Translations under genes and position numbers: made by a program
The notes under the pieces: generated by a model
Database searches by the model: none
What the model was told of the DNA's origin: nothing
The model's input: the letters and a program-made list of their open reading frames with translations, nothing else
Origin: Nitrospirales bacterium
GTDB lineage: Bacteria; Nitrospirota; Nitrospiria; Nitrospirales; UBA8639
DNA length: 64,000 nucleotides
Direction of reading: 5' to 3'
Assembly: GCA_963422365.1 (NCBI GenBank)
Contig: OY729426.1
Span: forward strand, 1,408,001 to 1,472,000
Shown here: piece by piece, positions 19,031 to 29,077 of the stretch
Position numbering within the stretch: position 1 is the first letter of the stretch
How the letters are laid out: every line of letters begins with the position of its first letter

Positions 19031-19561
19031 TTACTCTTCCACCACGTGGACGGTCATGGTGACGGGTTCTAATGGATTGTCCTGGGGATCCCGTCCCACT
19101 GCCACAATCTTATCCACCACCTCCATGCCTTTCCTGACTTTTCCGAAGACGGTGTAGGTTCGGTCCAAGCTGCTCGTATCCTCCACGCAGATAAAAAACT
19201 GAGACCCATTGTCGTTGACGTCACGGGTTCGATCGTCGTTCCGAGGCATTTTGGCCATGGAAACCGTGCCGCGGCGGTGCGGCCGGTCGCTTGGTTCCGG
19301 AGTCAGGCTGAAACCGGGGCCACCGGTTCCATGTAGACTACGATCTGGTTCTCTGCTGAGCGGATCGCCGCCTTGAATGATGAAGCCTGGCACCACGCGG
19401 TGAAAGGTCGTCCCATTATACAGTCCGATTTTGGCGAGGTTCAGAAAATTGTCCACGTGGCGAGGAGCCACGTCCGTGTAAAACTGGACCGTGAGGTTTC
19501 CGAACTTGGTGGAGATGACGACGGTGGGATTTTTTCTCTTGAAGGTCAGGGGGGCACTCAT
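19031..19561 (-). CDS. Cyclophilin-type peptidyl-prolyl isomerase
   Basis: FHRVVPGFIIQGGDP, GSQFFI, YTVFGKV. Confidence 0.95.
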   Translation of the reverse strand: MSAPLTFKRKNPTVVISTKFGNLTVQFYTDVAPRHVDNFLNLAKIGLYNGTTFHRVVPGFIIQGGDPLSREPDRSLHGTGGPGFSLTPEPSDRPHRRGTVSMAKMPRNDDRTRDVNDNGSQFFICVEDTSSLDRTYTVFGKVRKGMEVVDKIVAVGRDPQDNPLEPVTMTVHVVEE

Positions 19562-19642
19562 CGGCCGACTGTATCAAGGCAGGCGGACATTCGGCAACCA
19601 TCCAACCATTGAAGGTGTTCCTGTGGTTGCGGCCGGAAGTTT

Positions 19643-20959
19643 CTACGTTTTCTCCGGCCGAGTCAGGCCATCCGTCGGTCTGATTCTGAGCCAGCATAAT
19701 GCACCCATGAATGCCAGGACGGCCGCGACCCCAAGTGCGACGGTCCATCCGAATTGGTTCGCGATCCAGGGTGTGAGCGTGGGGGAGAGGGTGCCGCCAA
19801 AGTTGGCGCCGGTATTCATCACCCCGGAGAGGGTTCCGGCATGGGCCTTGGAGAGGTCGACAGTCGAACTCCAAAACGCTCCGATGGTGAAATACAGCCA
19901 ACCCGCCCCTAAGGATAACAAGGCCAAGGAGGGTTCATCGATCATCGCCCCTCCGATGATTGAGAGGGCTGCCAGGGCCATTCCCCCTGACCCGACCCAG
20001 GATCGTCCTTGATTCACGCCGAATCGTCGGGACAAGCGGTCCGTGATCCAGCCGCCGATCGGACAAAACATCATCATGGCCATAAAGGGACTTGCGGCGA
20101 AGAAGGCCCCTCGTAGAACGCTGAAGTTTCGTACTTCCATGAGGTAGAGGTAGAACCATGACAGATACACATAGGCTACGTACCCGAAACAGGTATAACT
20201 CAAGACCAGTCACCACACGCTTGGGGTTTGCGCAAAGGCTTTCCAGGGAACGGGCGTCGGGGCCTCAGGGACGTTCTGCTGGGGCGCGTTGCCACGGATA
20301 AGAGCGGCTTCTCTTGCATTGACCCGTGGATGCGATTCCGGCTGGTCCATGGCAAACCAAAACCACAATATGGCGATGAGTACGCCAAGACCTCCAGCCC
20401 AATAAAAGGCTGTCTGCCAGCCGTAATTCACCATGATCCAAGCCGTCACCGGGGGGGGGGGGGTGATCGCGGACTCGACACCGATGCCGCTGATCGTAAT
20501 CGCAATGCCGAGTCCTCGCTCATGTGGGCCGCACCAATTGGCCACGGTCCGATTAAAATTCGGCAATGCGGCGGCTTCGCCCACGCCGATCAAGAATCGC
20601 ACGATCATCAGCGATCCACAAATGCCCACGACCCCTGCGAGAAACGACGAAGGAGCCAGTGCGGTCATCGCCGTAAAGAGCGACCACCAAACCACGGCCA
20701 GGGTCAGGACCGTTCTCGGCCCCCATCGGTCTCCCAGCCAGCCTCCAGGAATCTGAAACAGGGCATAGCCCAAGACAAACGCTGAAAAAATCTGCCCCAT
20801 TTGAACATTGGTGAGCCACAGGGCCGGGATCATCTGCCGTGCCGTGACCGAAATATTGACCCTGTCTATATACGTAATAATGCTAATTCCAAGCAGGAGA
20901 GCCAGGATGGTCCAGCGCGTGTGGGATGGTTTGGGCTCGGCTGTGGTCGGGGACATCAT
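19643..20959 (-). pseudogene. MFS transporter (anion:cation symporter-like) with an in-frame TGA at 20210-20212
   Basis: ITYIDRVNIS, QIPGGWLGDRWG, RFLIGVGEA, SGVMNTGANFGG; the two ORFs are in the same frame, separated by one stop (TGG TGA CTG). Confidence 0.85.
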
Positions 20960-21144
20960 TCTCTCATCCTGCTTGAAAACACTGTAACGGGGTTTGTTGG
21001 AGAATGCCAGATAGGAGGCATATTCAGCAGGTGGGAAAGTTGCTGGTTGAAACTTGATCCTCGTCCGTGATAGATGGGGGCGTTTCGGTCTCGGGCTTTT
21101 AGGCATCTATCCTTACGCCATACAAAATCGGGAGGTACAGGACA

Positions 21145-21858
21145 ATGGCAAAGAGAGCCCAGAAAAAATCCAAAGCCAAGGGGAAGAAGGCGGTGCGGTC
21201 CGCATCCAACGCCAAGCCCAAGGTGTCGAAGCCCAAGGCGACGGCTTCCTCAGCCCAATCGAAACTGAAGAAGGCAGCAGAGAAGATCCAAAAGGCGGTA
21301 CCAGCGAAAAAGTCCAAGAAAGCAACGGCCGCCACCGAGGCGCTGCTGAAAAAGAAGACGGCGAAAAACACGGCGGGAAAGAAGGGCGTCAAGAAGAAAG
21401 CGGTGGTGAAGTCCGTGCAAAAACATCCTGCAGCCGTCAAAGGGAAAGCGCAGAAGAAAGTTGCGGTGAGTTCCAACAAGGTTGTCAAGAAAAAAGCCCC
21501 CGTTGCCGGGCCTGCCCACAAACCTGAAACGAAGGCCGTGACGCCGGTGGTGAGTTCATCCCCTGGGAAAATGGAGAAGGTCTCTCAAGCCGTGGCTGCG
21601 GACGTGGTTCTTGACTCACTCGAATCGGATTTGTCCGGATTCGAGGATAAGCCGGACGAAGAGTTTTCTTCTGATCTGGACGAGGACATGTCCAGGGACG
21701 TGTCTCAGGACTTTGACGACGACGCAGGATTCGGCACCCTTGCCGAAGACCGCGATGATGATCTGACGGAAGATTTGTCCGAGGAGTTGGAAGCCGAGAA
21801 ATATTTCAGAGAAACAGAGGTGGGGTTGGACGATGACGGTTTGCCGCGTGGGTGGTAA
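21145..21858 (+). CDS. Lys/Ala-rich histone H1-like protein with an acidic C-terminus
   Basis: GGAGG RBS; basic low-complexity N-half and D/E-rich C-terminal third. Confidence 0.7.
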   Translation: MAKRAQKKSKAKGKKAVRSASNAKPKVSKPKATASSAQSKLKKAAEKIQKAVPAKKSKKATAATEALLKKKTAKNTAGKKGVKKKAVVKSVQKHPAAVKGKAQKKVAVSSNKVVKKKAPVAGPAHKPETKAVTPVVSSSPGKMEKVSQAVAADVVLDSLESDLSGFEDKPDEEFSSDLDEDMSRDVSQDFDDDAGFGTLAEDRDDDLTEDLSEELEAEKYFRETEVGLDDDGLPRGW

Positions 21859-21921
21859 AGGGACTGCGGAGCGCGATCCTTCTCTCTGGTGCATTGAACG
21901 AATTCTGTAAAGGAGAATTGA

Positions 21922-22581
21922 ATGTCTGAAGCTGCAAACTTGCCACGAATTGGAGAGAATGCCCCTGATTTTTATGCGGTGACCACCTTGTCTCAAGCTT
22001 TTGAATTCAGCGCCTGGCAAGAGCAGGATTGGGTCGTCTTTTTTTCCCATCCTGCCGATTTTACACCCGTGTGCACCACGGAATTGGTGGAATTTGCCCG
22101 TCGGCACGAGGACTTTAGAAAAAAAAACGTCAAGTTGCTTGGGGTCAGTGTGGATAGCATCCATGCCCATTTGGCTTGGCTCGCGAATATCAAAGAGAAA
22201 CTGGGCGCAACGATTCCCTATCCCCTAGTGGCGGATGTCGAGATGCGGGTTGCTCAACTCTATGGCATGCTCCATCCAGAGGCCAGTGCAACCGCAACAG
22301 TCCGTACGTTGTTTGTGATTGACCCCAAACGCGTGATTCGGGCCTTGATCTACTACCCTATGAACGTCGGGCGGAATGTGGACGAAGTCTTCAGGTTGGT
22401 CACGGCGCTTCAAACGGCTGACAATTTTTCCTGTGCGACACCGGTCAATTGGCAAGAGGGTGAAAAAGTGGTTGTGCCTCCTCCCCAAACGGTTGAGGAA
22501 GTTGAGGAACGACTCAGCCATTCCGATCGAGAAGTCAAAGACTTTTACCTCACCTTGAAAAATCCGAAGGCGCAAGCCTGA
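21922..22581 (+). CDS. Peroxiredoxin (Prx6-like)
   Basis: FSHPADFTPVCTTE, YYPMNVGRN. Confidence 0.93.
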   Translation: MSEAANLPRIGENAPDFYAVTTLSQAFEFSAWQEQDWVVFFSHPADFTPVCTTELVEFARRHEDFRKKNVKLLGVSVDSIHAHLAWLANIKEKLGATIPYPLVADVEMRVAQLYGMLHPEASATATVRTLFVIDPKRVIRALIYYPMNVGRNVDEVFRLVTALQTADNFSCATPVNWQEGEKVVVPPPQTVEEVEERLSHSDREVKDFYLTLKNPKAQA

Positions 22582-22762
22582 GGCTGGGTCGTCCTCGACT
22601 GGAGAATGCCATTTCTCCGAATCCTCTCTCTCCTGTCGTCAACACCGTACAAGCTGTGCCGGGGAATGCCTGCTATTTGGATAGGTCCCCGATTAAAAAT
22701 GTCGAGGCCAAGGCTTTGTCTCATAGCATCGTGTGCCCCAGAATCGTGTACCAGAGGGTTGT

Positions 22763-23857
22763 ATGATCGTGATGCCAACGTCCATGTGGTCTGTGAGCCT
22801 CCTTTGCGTGGTTGCCTGGGTCGTGGTGTCGGCCATGTCTTTAGAGGGCTGCCGGGTCGAGGAGGGTTCGAATCCTCAGGTGATGGGTCGTCAGTTGGAA
22901 GGATCCTGTGGCGATGAGGATCGCCAGGCGCTGGCCGTTTCAGCAGATGACGTGTTGGCGGCCTTGCACCAAGGCCAGGGAGTGGTTTTGAAAGGGGTTG
23001 TGCTTGCGGGCGACCTCCCCTTGGACCGGTTGAGCCTTCAGTCATTCGAGCCGAAGCTGGTCCGGCATTTGGCGATCGCCAAACAGATCGAAGCCGAGCA
23101 GGTGTCTGCGGTGCGTGTCATTCACGGGCCGTTTATTCTTGAAGACGTTGAGGTGCAGGGTATTCTTGCGACCAACCTCATGGGGTCCGGGTACGTGTTG
23201 GTCCAAGGGCTGGTCAGTCTGCGGGGAACCACCATTCAGCGTTCCATGGATTTGTCCCGGATGGTTTTCTTGGATCGAGCGGATTTTTCCGAGATGCACA
23301 TCGGCCATGAGGGTTTTTTTATTCGAGCCATGTTTGTAGGGGATGCCGATTTTACCCGAACGGCTTTTGGAACCCATTCCCGCTTTCATCAGGCCCGATT
23401 TCTGGGGAAGGCCTTGTTTACGGGAGCACGGTTTCACGGCCTCGCGGAATTCTTGGAGGTTTCCTTTGCGGAGGAAGCAGGGTTTTCGCGCACCCGCTTT
23501 TTTCAGGGCACGGGTTTTTCCGGGAGCCGGTTTCATCAAACGCTGGATTTGTCTGAGGCGCGGTTTGACAGGGAAGTGTATTTTCGATTTACCGACTATC
23601 AGGGAGCGGCGAATTTTCACGGAGCCCTGTTTCGGAACGCGGCGGACTTTACGGAAGCTCGGTTTCGAGGGGCCGTCGATTTTCGAAATGTCATCTTCGA
23701 GAAACCTCCACGGATTGCCGGCGTCGATCTTCCCGAACAGGGTGGCAAGGGAGGCCCGAGCGTCCAGAATCGCGAATTCCTCTTCTTACTCGTCGTCCTG
23801 GCTCTCCTGGCTCTCCTGGGGTTGATGCTGGTAGCCGTGTGGAAGCGAAAATCCTGA
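22763..23857 (+). CDS. Membrane-anchored pentapeptide-repeat protein
   Basis: Repeats such as ADFTRTAF, ARFLGKALF, ANFHGALF; N-terminal hydrophobic segment and C-terminal TM. Confidence 0.8.
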   Translation: MIVMPTSMWSVSLLCVVAWVVVSAMSLEGCRVEEGSNPQVMGRQLEGSCGDEDRQALAVSADDVLAALHQGQGVVLKGVVLAGDLPLDRLSLQSFEPKLVRHLAIAKQIEAEQVSAVRVIHGPFILEDVEVQGILATNLMGSGYVLVQGLVSLRGTTIQRSMDLSRMVFLDRADFSEMHIGHEGFFIRAMFVGDADFTRTAFGTHSRFHQARFLGKALFTGARFHGLAEFLEVSFAEEAGFSRTRFFQGTGFSGSRFHQTLDLSEARFDREVYFRFTDYQGAANFHGALFRNAADFTEARFRGAVDFRNVIFEKPPRIAGVDLPEQGGKGGPSVQNREFLFLLVVLALLALLGLMLVAVWKRKS

Positions 23858-24000
23858 TAAGTACTGGAAGGACATATCCACAAGATATAGAAGTTTCTAT
23901 TGCCTCTCTCCACTAAAAGTGGTATACTAAAAGACTGCATTGCAGTATGTTGGGATGGTGGTCCGTTTCCCCCACTTTCGATCTCGATGCCAACGGTATC

Positions 24001-24822
24001 ATGGAACTAACCGAACCCACATACGAAGTGAAGCTTGAGGCCTTTAGAGGGCCTCTCGACCTTTTGCTCCACCTCATTCGAAAGCACGAAATCAATATTT
24101 ATGATATACCTATTGCCTTGATCACCCGGCAATACCTTGAGTATCTTCAACTCATGAAGGAACTCAATCTCTCTTTTGCCGGTGACTTTTTGGTGATGGC
24201 CGCCACCCTGCTTCATATTAAGTCTCGAATGCTGCTCCCGCAGGAAACGGAACCGGATTTGGAGGAAGAGGAAGGCGGAGATCCTCGAAGTGAGTTGGTG
24301 CGTCGACTTGTCGAGTATCAGCAGTTTAAGGAAGTCGCCGGTCGCCTGTCAGATCAAGAAAGACTGTGGCGACAGATGTTCCAACGGGAGCCCGAACAGA
24401 GTCCACCGCTCCACGACGTATTTCCCGACGACATGCAAGTTTTTGATCTCTTGAGTGTCCTGCAGGAAGTCTTGGCGCAGACCGACGCCACTTCCGGTCT
24501 CGAACTGACACCGGATACCATGACGATTCAGGAGCGTATCAATGTCGTGATCGAACGGCTGGAAGAGACTCCGACTATTACGTTTGCCGCATTGTTTGAG
24601 GGTGTGACCGATCGGTTGATGGTGATCGTCACCTTTTTGGCGTTGTTGGAACTTGTGCGGATGAAACTGGTCCGTATGGTTCAGGCGGATTTTTGGGGTC
24701 CTATTCGGATTACCCGCATGTTTCTCGCGGGGCAACCTGAAGGTGACGTTGAACCACTCCAGGCAACGAATCATGATGACCATTCGACCAATGAAGGCTT
24801 CAATGGGAATGGCATCCTCTGA
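24001..24822 (+). CDS. scpA: Segregation/condensation protein A
   Basis: FRGPLDLLLHLIRK, FLVMAATLLHIKSRMLLP, TFLALLEL. Confidence 0.95.
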   Translation: MELTEPTYEVKLEAFRGPLDLLLHLIRKHEINIYDIPIALITRQYLEYLQLMKELNLSFAGDFLVMAATLLHIKSRMLLPQETEPDLEEEEGGDPRSELVRRLVEYQQFKEVAGRLSDQERLWRQMFQREPEQSPPLHDVFPDDMQVFDLLSVLQEVLAQTDATSGLELTPDTMTIQERINVVIERLEETPTITFAALFEGVTDRLMVIVTFLALLELVRMKLVRMVQADFWGPIRITRMFLAGQPEGDVEPLQATNHDDHSTNEGFNGNGIL

Positions 24823-25603
24823 CAAGATAGGCATAACCGAGTCACTGGAATCGGCTCAGGATCCGACCCTATCGCCTATGGCCGGGGACTCTTCGGGTGA
24901 GCGCGCAGAGGGTGAAGGCGCAAGCCTTACCGAAGCATTGAGTGAGCAAGAACTTAAGGGGATCATCGAAGCCCTGTTGTTCGTGTCCCGCGAGCCCCTT
25001 CTCCTCGAGAAGGTCACCACGGTGTTGGCGGGACCGCCCGAGGTGGCGGTGTATAATGCCGTGAAGGCCCTTCAGCATGATTATGATCAGGAAGGTCGTG
25101 GTCTCCAGATTGTCGAGTTGGCCGGTGGCTACGTCATGATCACGCGGCCCGACTGTGCCCCTTGGATTACCAGGCTCAATACGATCAAAGCTTCCCTCAA
25201 AGTGTCCCGATCCGCCTTGGAGACCTTGGCGATCATTGCCTATAAACAACCGACCATGCGTGCGGAGATTGAACAGATTCGCGGGGTCGAAACCTCGAGC
25301 GTGTTGCGGACCTTGCTCAATCAAAAACTCATCCGCATCGTCGGGCGAAAAGATATCCCCGGTCGCCCGATTCTGTATGGAACGTCTAAGATCTTCCTTC
25401 AAAAATTCGGGCTTCGGGATCTTCGCGATTTGCCGCCACTTCGTGAATTCACCGCCTTAGGAGAAGGGGACGATGCCGAGCTTTTTGAAGAAGAATCGGC
25501 ACCCAATGGCCAGTATAAAACTGGTGCTGATCGGGTCGCTGAAGCGCTCGGCCAGGATGCACGGGAACCCGTTGCCAGTTACCCGGGTTCTTCCATTGCC
25601 TAA
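24803..25603 (+). CDS. scpB: SMC-Scp complex subunit ScpB
   Basis: IIEALLF, ALETLAIIAYKQP, IEQIRGV, GRPILYGT. Confidence 0.95.
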   Translation: MGMASSDKIGITESLESAQDPTLSPMAGDSSGERAEGEGASLTEALSEQELKGIIEALLFVSREPLLLEKVTTVLAGPPEVAVYNAVKALQHDYDQEGRGLQIVELAGGYVMITRPDCAPWITRLNTIKASLKVSRSALETLAIIAYKQPTMRAEIEQIRGVETSSVLRTLLNQKLIRIVGRKDIPGRPILYGTSKIFLQKFGLRDLRDLPPLREFTALGEGDDAELFEEESAPNGQYKTGADRVAEALGQDAREPVASYPGSSIA

Positions 25604-25741
25604 GTCCCTGTGTTGTCCGTTTGTTTGGTTGAGACGGCCACGGGAGCCTGCCTTCTCTTTCCAAACCATCGACTTTCTCACTATAGTGCCCTACGATTTC
25701 GGGCAAAACGCTCTTCCCGAAGGCCGGAAAGTAGACGACGC

Positions 25742-28648
25742 ATGGACCTTGTGCTTCCCGATAAAACGTCAACTCCCCGATTGAAAACGTCGGGGACAGG
25801 CATTGGAACTGACCTGAAGCGTCTCCTTGATCCGACCAAGGTCAAGGATGACGTTCCTGCCTTACGTGCGTATGCGGTCGATGCCAGCATCTATCGCATG
25901 CCGCCCCAAGTGGTGGTGCTTCCGGACCATGAAACGGATATTGATCTGGTGATGGACTATGCCGTTACACGGGGTATCCCTTTGACCACGCGTGCGGCCG
26001 GGACCAATCTCACGGGGTCGGCTATTGGGTCGGGTATCATTGTGGACGTGTCGCGTCTTAATCGGATTCTCGAAGTGAACCCCGAGGAGAAATGGGCGCG
26101 CATTCAACCCGGGATTGTGCTCAACGAATTGAATGCCAAATTGGCCTCGACCGCCCTCATGTTCGGTCCTGATCCTTCGAGTGGCGAGATGTGCAAATTG
26201 GGAGGGATGCTCGCCAATAATTCCTCAGGGCCGCATACGCTGCGGTACGGCTCGGTCAAGGATAATGTCTTGGCCCTGCGAGTCAGGCTTGAGGCAGAAG
26301 GGTGGCTCAATGCCAGCCATGAGGCCGTCCACGGAGGAGACTGCCCTCTGGCTCTCGCTCCTTTTCCAGGGATTCAGCAGGTCTTTCAGTTGGTGCGGGG
26401 CCATGTGGATCTCATTCAAGCCAAGCGCCCTCGCGTCAGTAAAAATAGCGCGGGCTACAACCTCTTTGATCTCGCGGAGGGTCTCACGCAAGGGGTCTTT
26501 GATCTGCCGAAGTTATTTGTGGGGAGTGAAGGCACGTTGGGCGTGTTCAGTGAGGCGACGATCCGGCTCGTTGATCGTCCGCGCTCGACTGTGACCGGCA
26601 TGCTGCATTTCCTGCACCTCGAAGAAATGGCGGACGCGGTTCGTCCCTTGTTAGAACTGTCACCGCTGGCCTTGGAAGTGCTGGATGCCCAGACCTTGGA
26701 TCTCATCGGCCGATCGCAGTACCACATTCCCGAAGATGCCGCCGCAACGCTGCTCATTGAATTTGATCAAACAGGAGAGCACGGTGGGATTTCGCAACTA
26801 CAGGACGTCTGTCGGCGATCTCGGCTTGCTTCTGCTCCGGTCATTGCTATCGATCCCCAACAACAGCAAGATATCTGGAAAACTCGAAAAGCGCTCTATC
26901 CCGCGTTGTATGGGTATGACGCAAAGAGAAAACCGATTAACTATGTGGATGACGTGGTGGTGGCGGCAGACCGAATCGGCGAGTTGATGCGATATCTGAG
27001 TGCCATGTTTGGAAACGCTCGGGTCCCGTTGGCGATTTTCGGCCATATCGGGAATGGCAATGCCCACATCGTCCCGTTGCTGGACGTGAATGATGAGCGT
27101 GATTTTCAGCGTATGGTTGAGAGTTATTACGAAGTGCATCACACGGTGTTGGATCGGTTTCAAGGATCCATTTGCGGGGAACACGGGGATGGCCGCATCC
27201 GCGCCGAAATGGTCAAGCGGATGTTCGGCGAAGAGTTGTATGGTCTCTTTGTGCAGGTCAAACGCGCGATGGACCCGGCAGGGATTTTGAATCCCGGCGT
27301 GAAAATCAGTGAGACCCCCTTTACCGAACACATTGACTTTGAACGGTTGGGGAAATCCTGTGCCACGTGTGCGAAATGTAATTCAGTCTGCCCGGTGTAC
27401 GATGTGTTTCAATCTGAAGATATGAGCTCTCGGGGATGGTATGAAATCGTGACCGCCACGGACTACAGCTATTTGGATTCCAAGCGCGTCGTGGAAGCCT
27501 GTTTGAATTGCAAGTCATGCCGGACCATCTGCCCTGCGGATGTGGACGTGTCCGAACTGATTTTGCAACGACGGGCGGAACATCCGAATGCCCTCGCCGG
27601 GAAAATTTTCGCCCTGCACGCGCAACAGGAACGTTTCGGCAGGTTGATCAAGCTGGCCGCGAAGACTCAATCGCTCTGGGATCGTCCGCTTATTCGGAAA
27701 ATCGGCGAAGTGCTGTTGCGACCGCTTTTGGCACGGCTCTCCGAACGCGCACGGCTTCCCTGGGACATGAAACTGCCGCGTCTGGTGACGTCGCTGTTGC
27801 GTGAACGGCATCACGCGCTCTGTGTGTCGTCTCCCCCCACGGCTTGTCAGGGAGACGAAGGCGGTCACGGAACACGGGAAGGTGGCTCCTCCCCGAAGGT
27901 CGCGTATTTTCATGGCTGCGCGGCCAATTACTTTGATGATGGAGTGGGTGATGCCGTGATCAATGTGCTGAAGCGCTACGGCGTGACTCCGGACCTTCCG
28001 CCGCAACGCTGCTCAGGGACACCCATTGAAACATATGGGCATCGTGCCTTGGCCCGGGAAGGGGCTCGTTATAACGTCAACCATCTTGCAGGCTATGACG
28101 TGATTGTGACGGGCTGTGCGTCCTGTACGCTGGCGCTCAAGGATTATGCTACGCTTTTGCAAGGGGAGCCTGAGGAGCGTCAGGCGCAGTATGTGTCGCA
28201 ACGCGTGAAGCACATTGCGGAGTATGTCTTGGAGTTGGACCCTCATCGTTCGACGCCGACTCAGTCGGAGGGGATGCGAAAAGTCACGTACCATTCGTCC
28301 TGTCACCTGCGTGCGGCCGGGGTGACGTCACAGCCTCGGCACTTGCTGGCGACGACCCCGGGTCTTGACTACGTCGAGATGCAAGATGCCGACCGCTGTG
28401 CGGGCGGTGCGGGAACCTACATCGTGAAGGAGTATGACGCCGCGCAAAAGATTTTCGAACGGAAGCGACAGGCAATTGAACGGAGTGGCGCGGACATTGT
28501 GGCGACGAGTTGTCCTGCCTGCATGATTCAATTGAAAAACGGCTTGCCCGCCGACACTGCCGTGAAGCATATCGCTCAAGTTCTGGACGAATCGACCGGT
28601 GAGGCTCGGGACTCCGAACGTCGATCGCATACGGGGCGGGAGCACTGA
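25742..28648 (+). CDS. FAD-binding/Fe-S fusion oxidoreductase (GlcD/GlcF-like)
   Basis: GSEGTLG, GEHGDG, two CxxCxxCxxxCP clusters, CCG-type domains. Confidence 0.9.
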   Translation: MDLVLPDKTSTPRLKTSGTGIGTDLKRLLDPTKVKDDVPALRAYAVDASIYRMPPQVVVLPDHETDIDLVMDYAVTRGIPLTTRAAGTNLTGSAIGSGIIVDVSRLNRILEVNPEEKWARIQPGIVLNELNAKLASTALMFGPDPSSGEMCKLGGMLANNSSGPHTLRYGSVKDNVLALRVRLEAEGWLNASHEAVHGGDCPLALAPFPGIQQVFQLVRGHVDLIQAKRPRVSKNSAGYNLFDLAEGLTQGVFDLPKLFVGSEGTLGVFSEATIRLVDRPRSTVTGMLHFLHLEEMADAVRPLLELSPLALEVLDAQTLDLIGRSQYHIPEDAAATLLIEFDQTGEHGGISQLQDVCRRSRLASAPVIAIDPQQQQDIWKTRKALYPALYGYDAKRKPINYVDDVVVAADRIGELMRYLSAMFGNARVPLAIFGHIGNGNAHIVPLLDVNDERDFQRMVESYYEVHHTVLDRFQGSICGEHGDGRIRAEMVKRMFGEELYGLFVQVKRAMDPAGILNPGVKISETPFTEHIDFERLGKSCATCAKCNSVCPVYDVFQSEDMSSRGWYEIVTATDYSYLDSKRVVEACLNCKSCRTICPADVDVSELILQRRAEHPNALAGKIFALHAQQERFGRLIKLAAKTQSLWDRPLIRKIGEVLLRPLLARLSERARLPWDMKLPRLVTSLLRERHHALCVSSPPTACQGDEGGHGTREGGSSPKVAYFHGCAANYFDDGVGDAVINVLKRYGVTPDLPPQRCSGTPIETYGHRALAREGARYNVNHLAGYDVIVTGCASCTLALKDYATLLQGEPEERQAQYVSQRVKHIAEYVLELDPHRSTPTQSEGMRKVTYHSSCHLRAAGVTSQPRHLLATTPGLDYVEMQDADRCAGGAGTYIVKEYDAAQKIFERKRQAIERSGADIVATSCPACMIQLKNGLPADTAVKHIAQVLDESTGEARDSERRSHTGREH

Positions 28649-28701
28649 AGGCGACGTCCGTTGCCGCCGCTGTTCCGTCTTGCAGAAGGAGGATTTTCAC
28701 C

Positions 28702-28980
28702 ATGGTGACGATAAGAGTGTTTGGACAGAATTTGCTCCCGTGTGTGGACGAGCCGGAGATTCAATGTAAGATTTCCGCGCCGGTGAGTGTGCGGGAATTA
28801 TTGGAGGGGAACCAGGAAGCCTTGGGCGAGGTAATGGAATTCTTGCGAAAAAGCGAATTGATGGTCACGGTGAACCAGAAAGTCAGTACCTTTGAATCGA
28901 CAGTCAAAGATGGCGACGAGGTTAAATTGACGCATCAGTTTAATCCGGAACATGAAGGGGCTCTGTGGCATAATCCTTGA
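28702..28980 (+). CDS. MoaD/ThiS-like beta-grasp protein lacking a terminal Gly-Gly
   Basis: MVTIRVFG...VTVNQK...VKDGDEVKL; strong AAGGAGG RBS. Confidence 0.7.
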   Translation: MVTIRVFGQNLLPCVDEPEIQCKISAPVSVRELLEGNQEALGEVMEFLRKSELMVTVNQKVSTFESTVKDGDEVKLTHQFNPEHEGALWHNP

Positions 28981-29077
28981 AAGCACGCGTGATGCTTAAC
29001 GCACCCCGTCGGTCGGCGACCTATGAGCCTACGGCTTTGTTCAGGATGCTAACAATGTTGAGCCAACCTACGCGTTT

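Noticed and set aside
20210..20212. TGA as selenocysteine or recoded Trp
   Set aside because: TGA is used as a normal stop throughout the window, and this is a TM helix position with no Cys-like role; a TGG-to-TGA nonsense change is simpler.
21099..21521. Phe/Ala-rich minus-strand ORF
   Set aside because: It is the antisense shadow of the Lys/Ala-rich gene.
27830..27865. Short hairpin (tctccc...gggaga) in a low-complexity linker of the oxidoreductase
   Set aside because: A 6-bp stem is too weak to call a repeat insertion.
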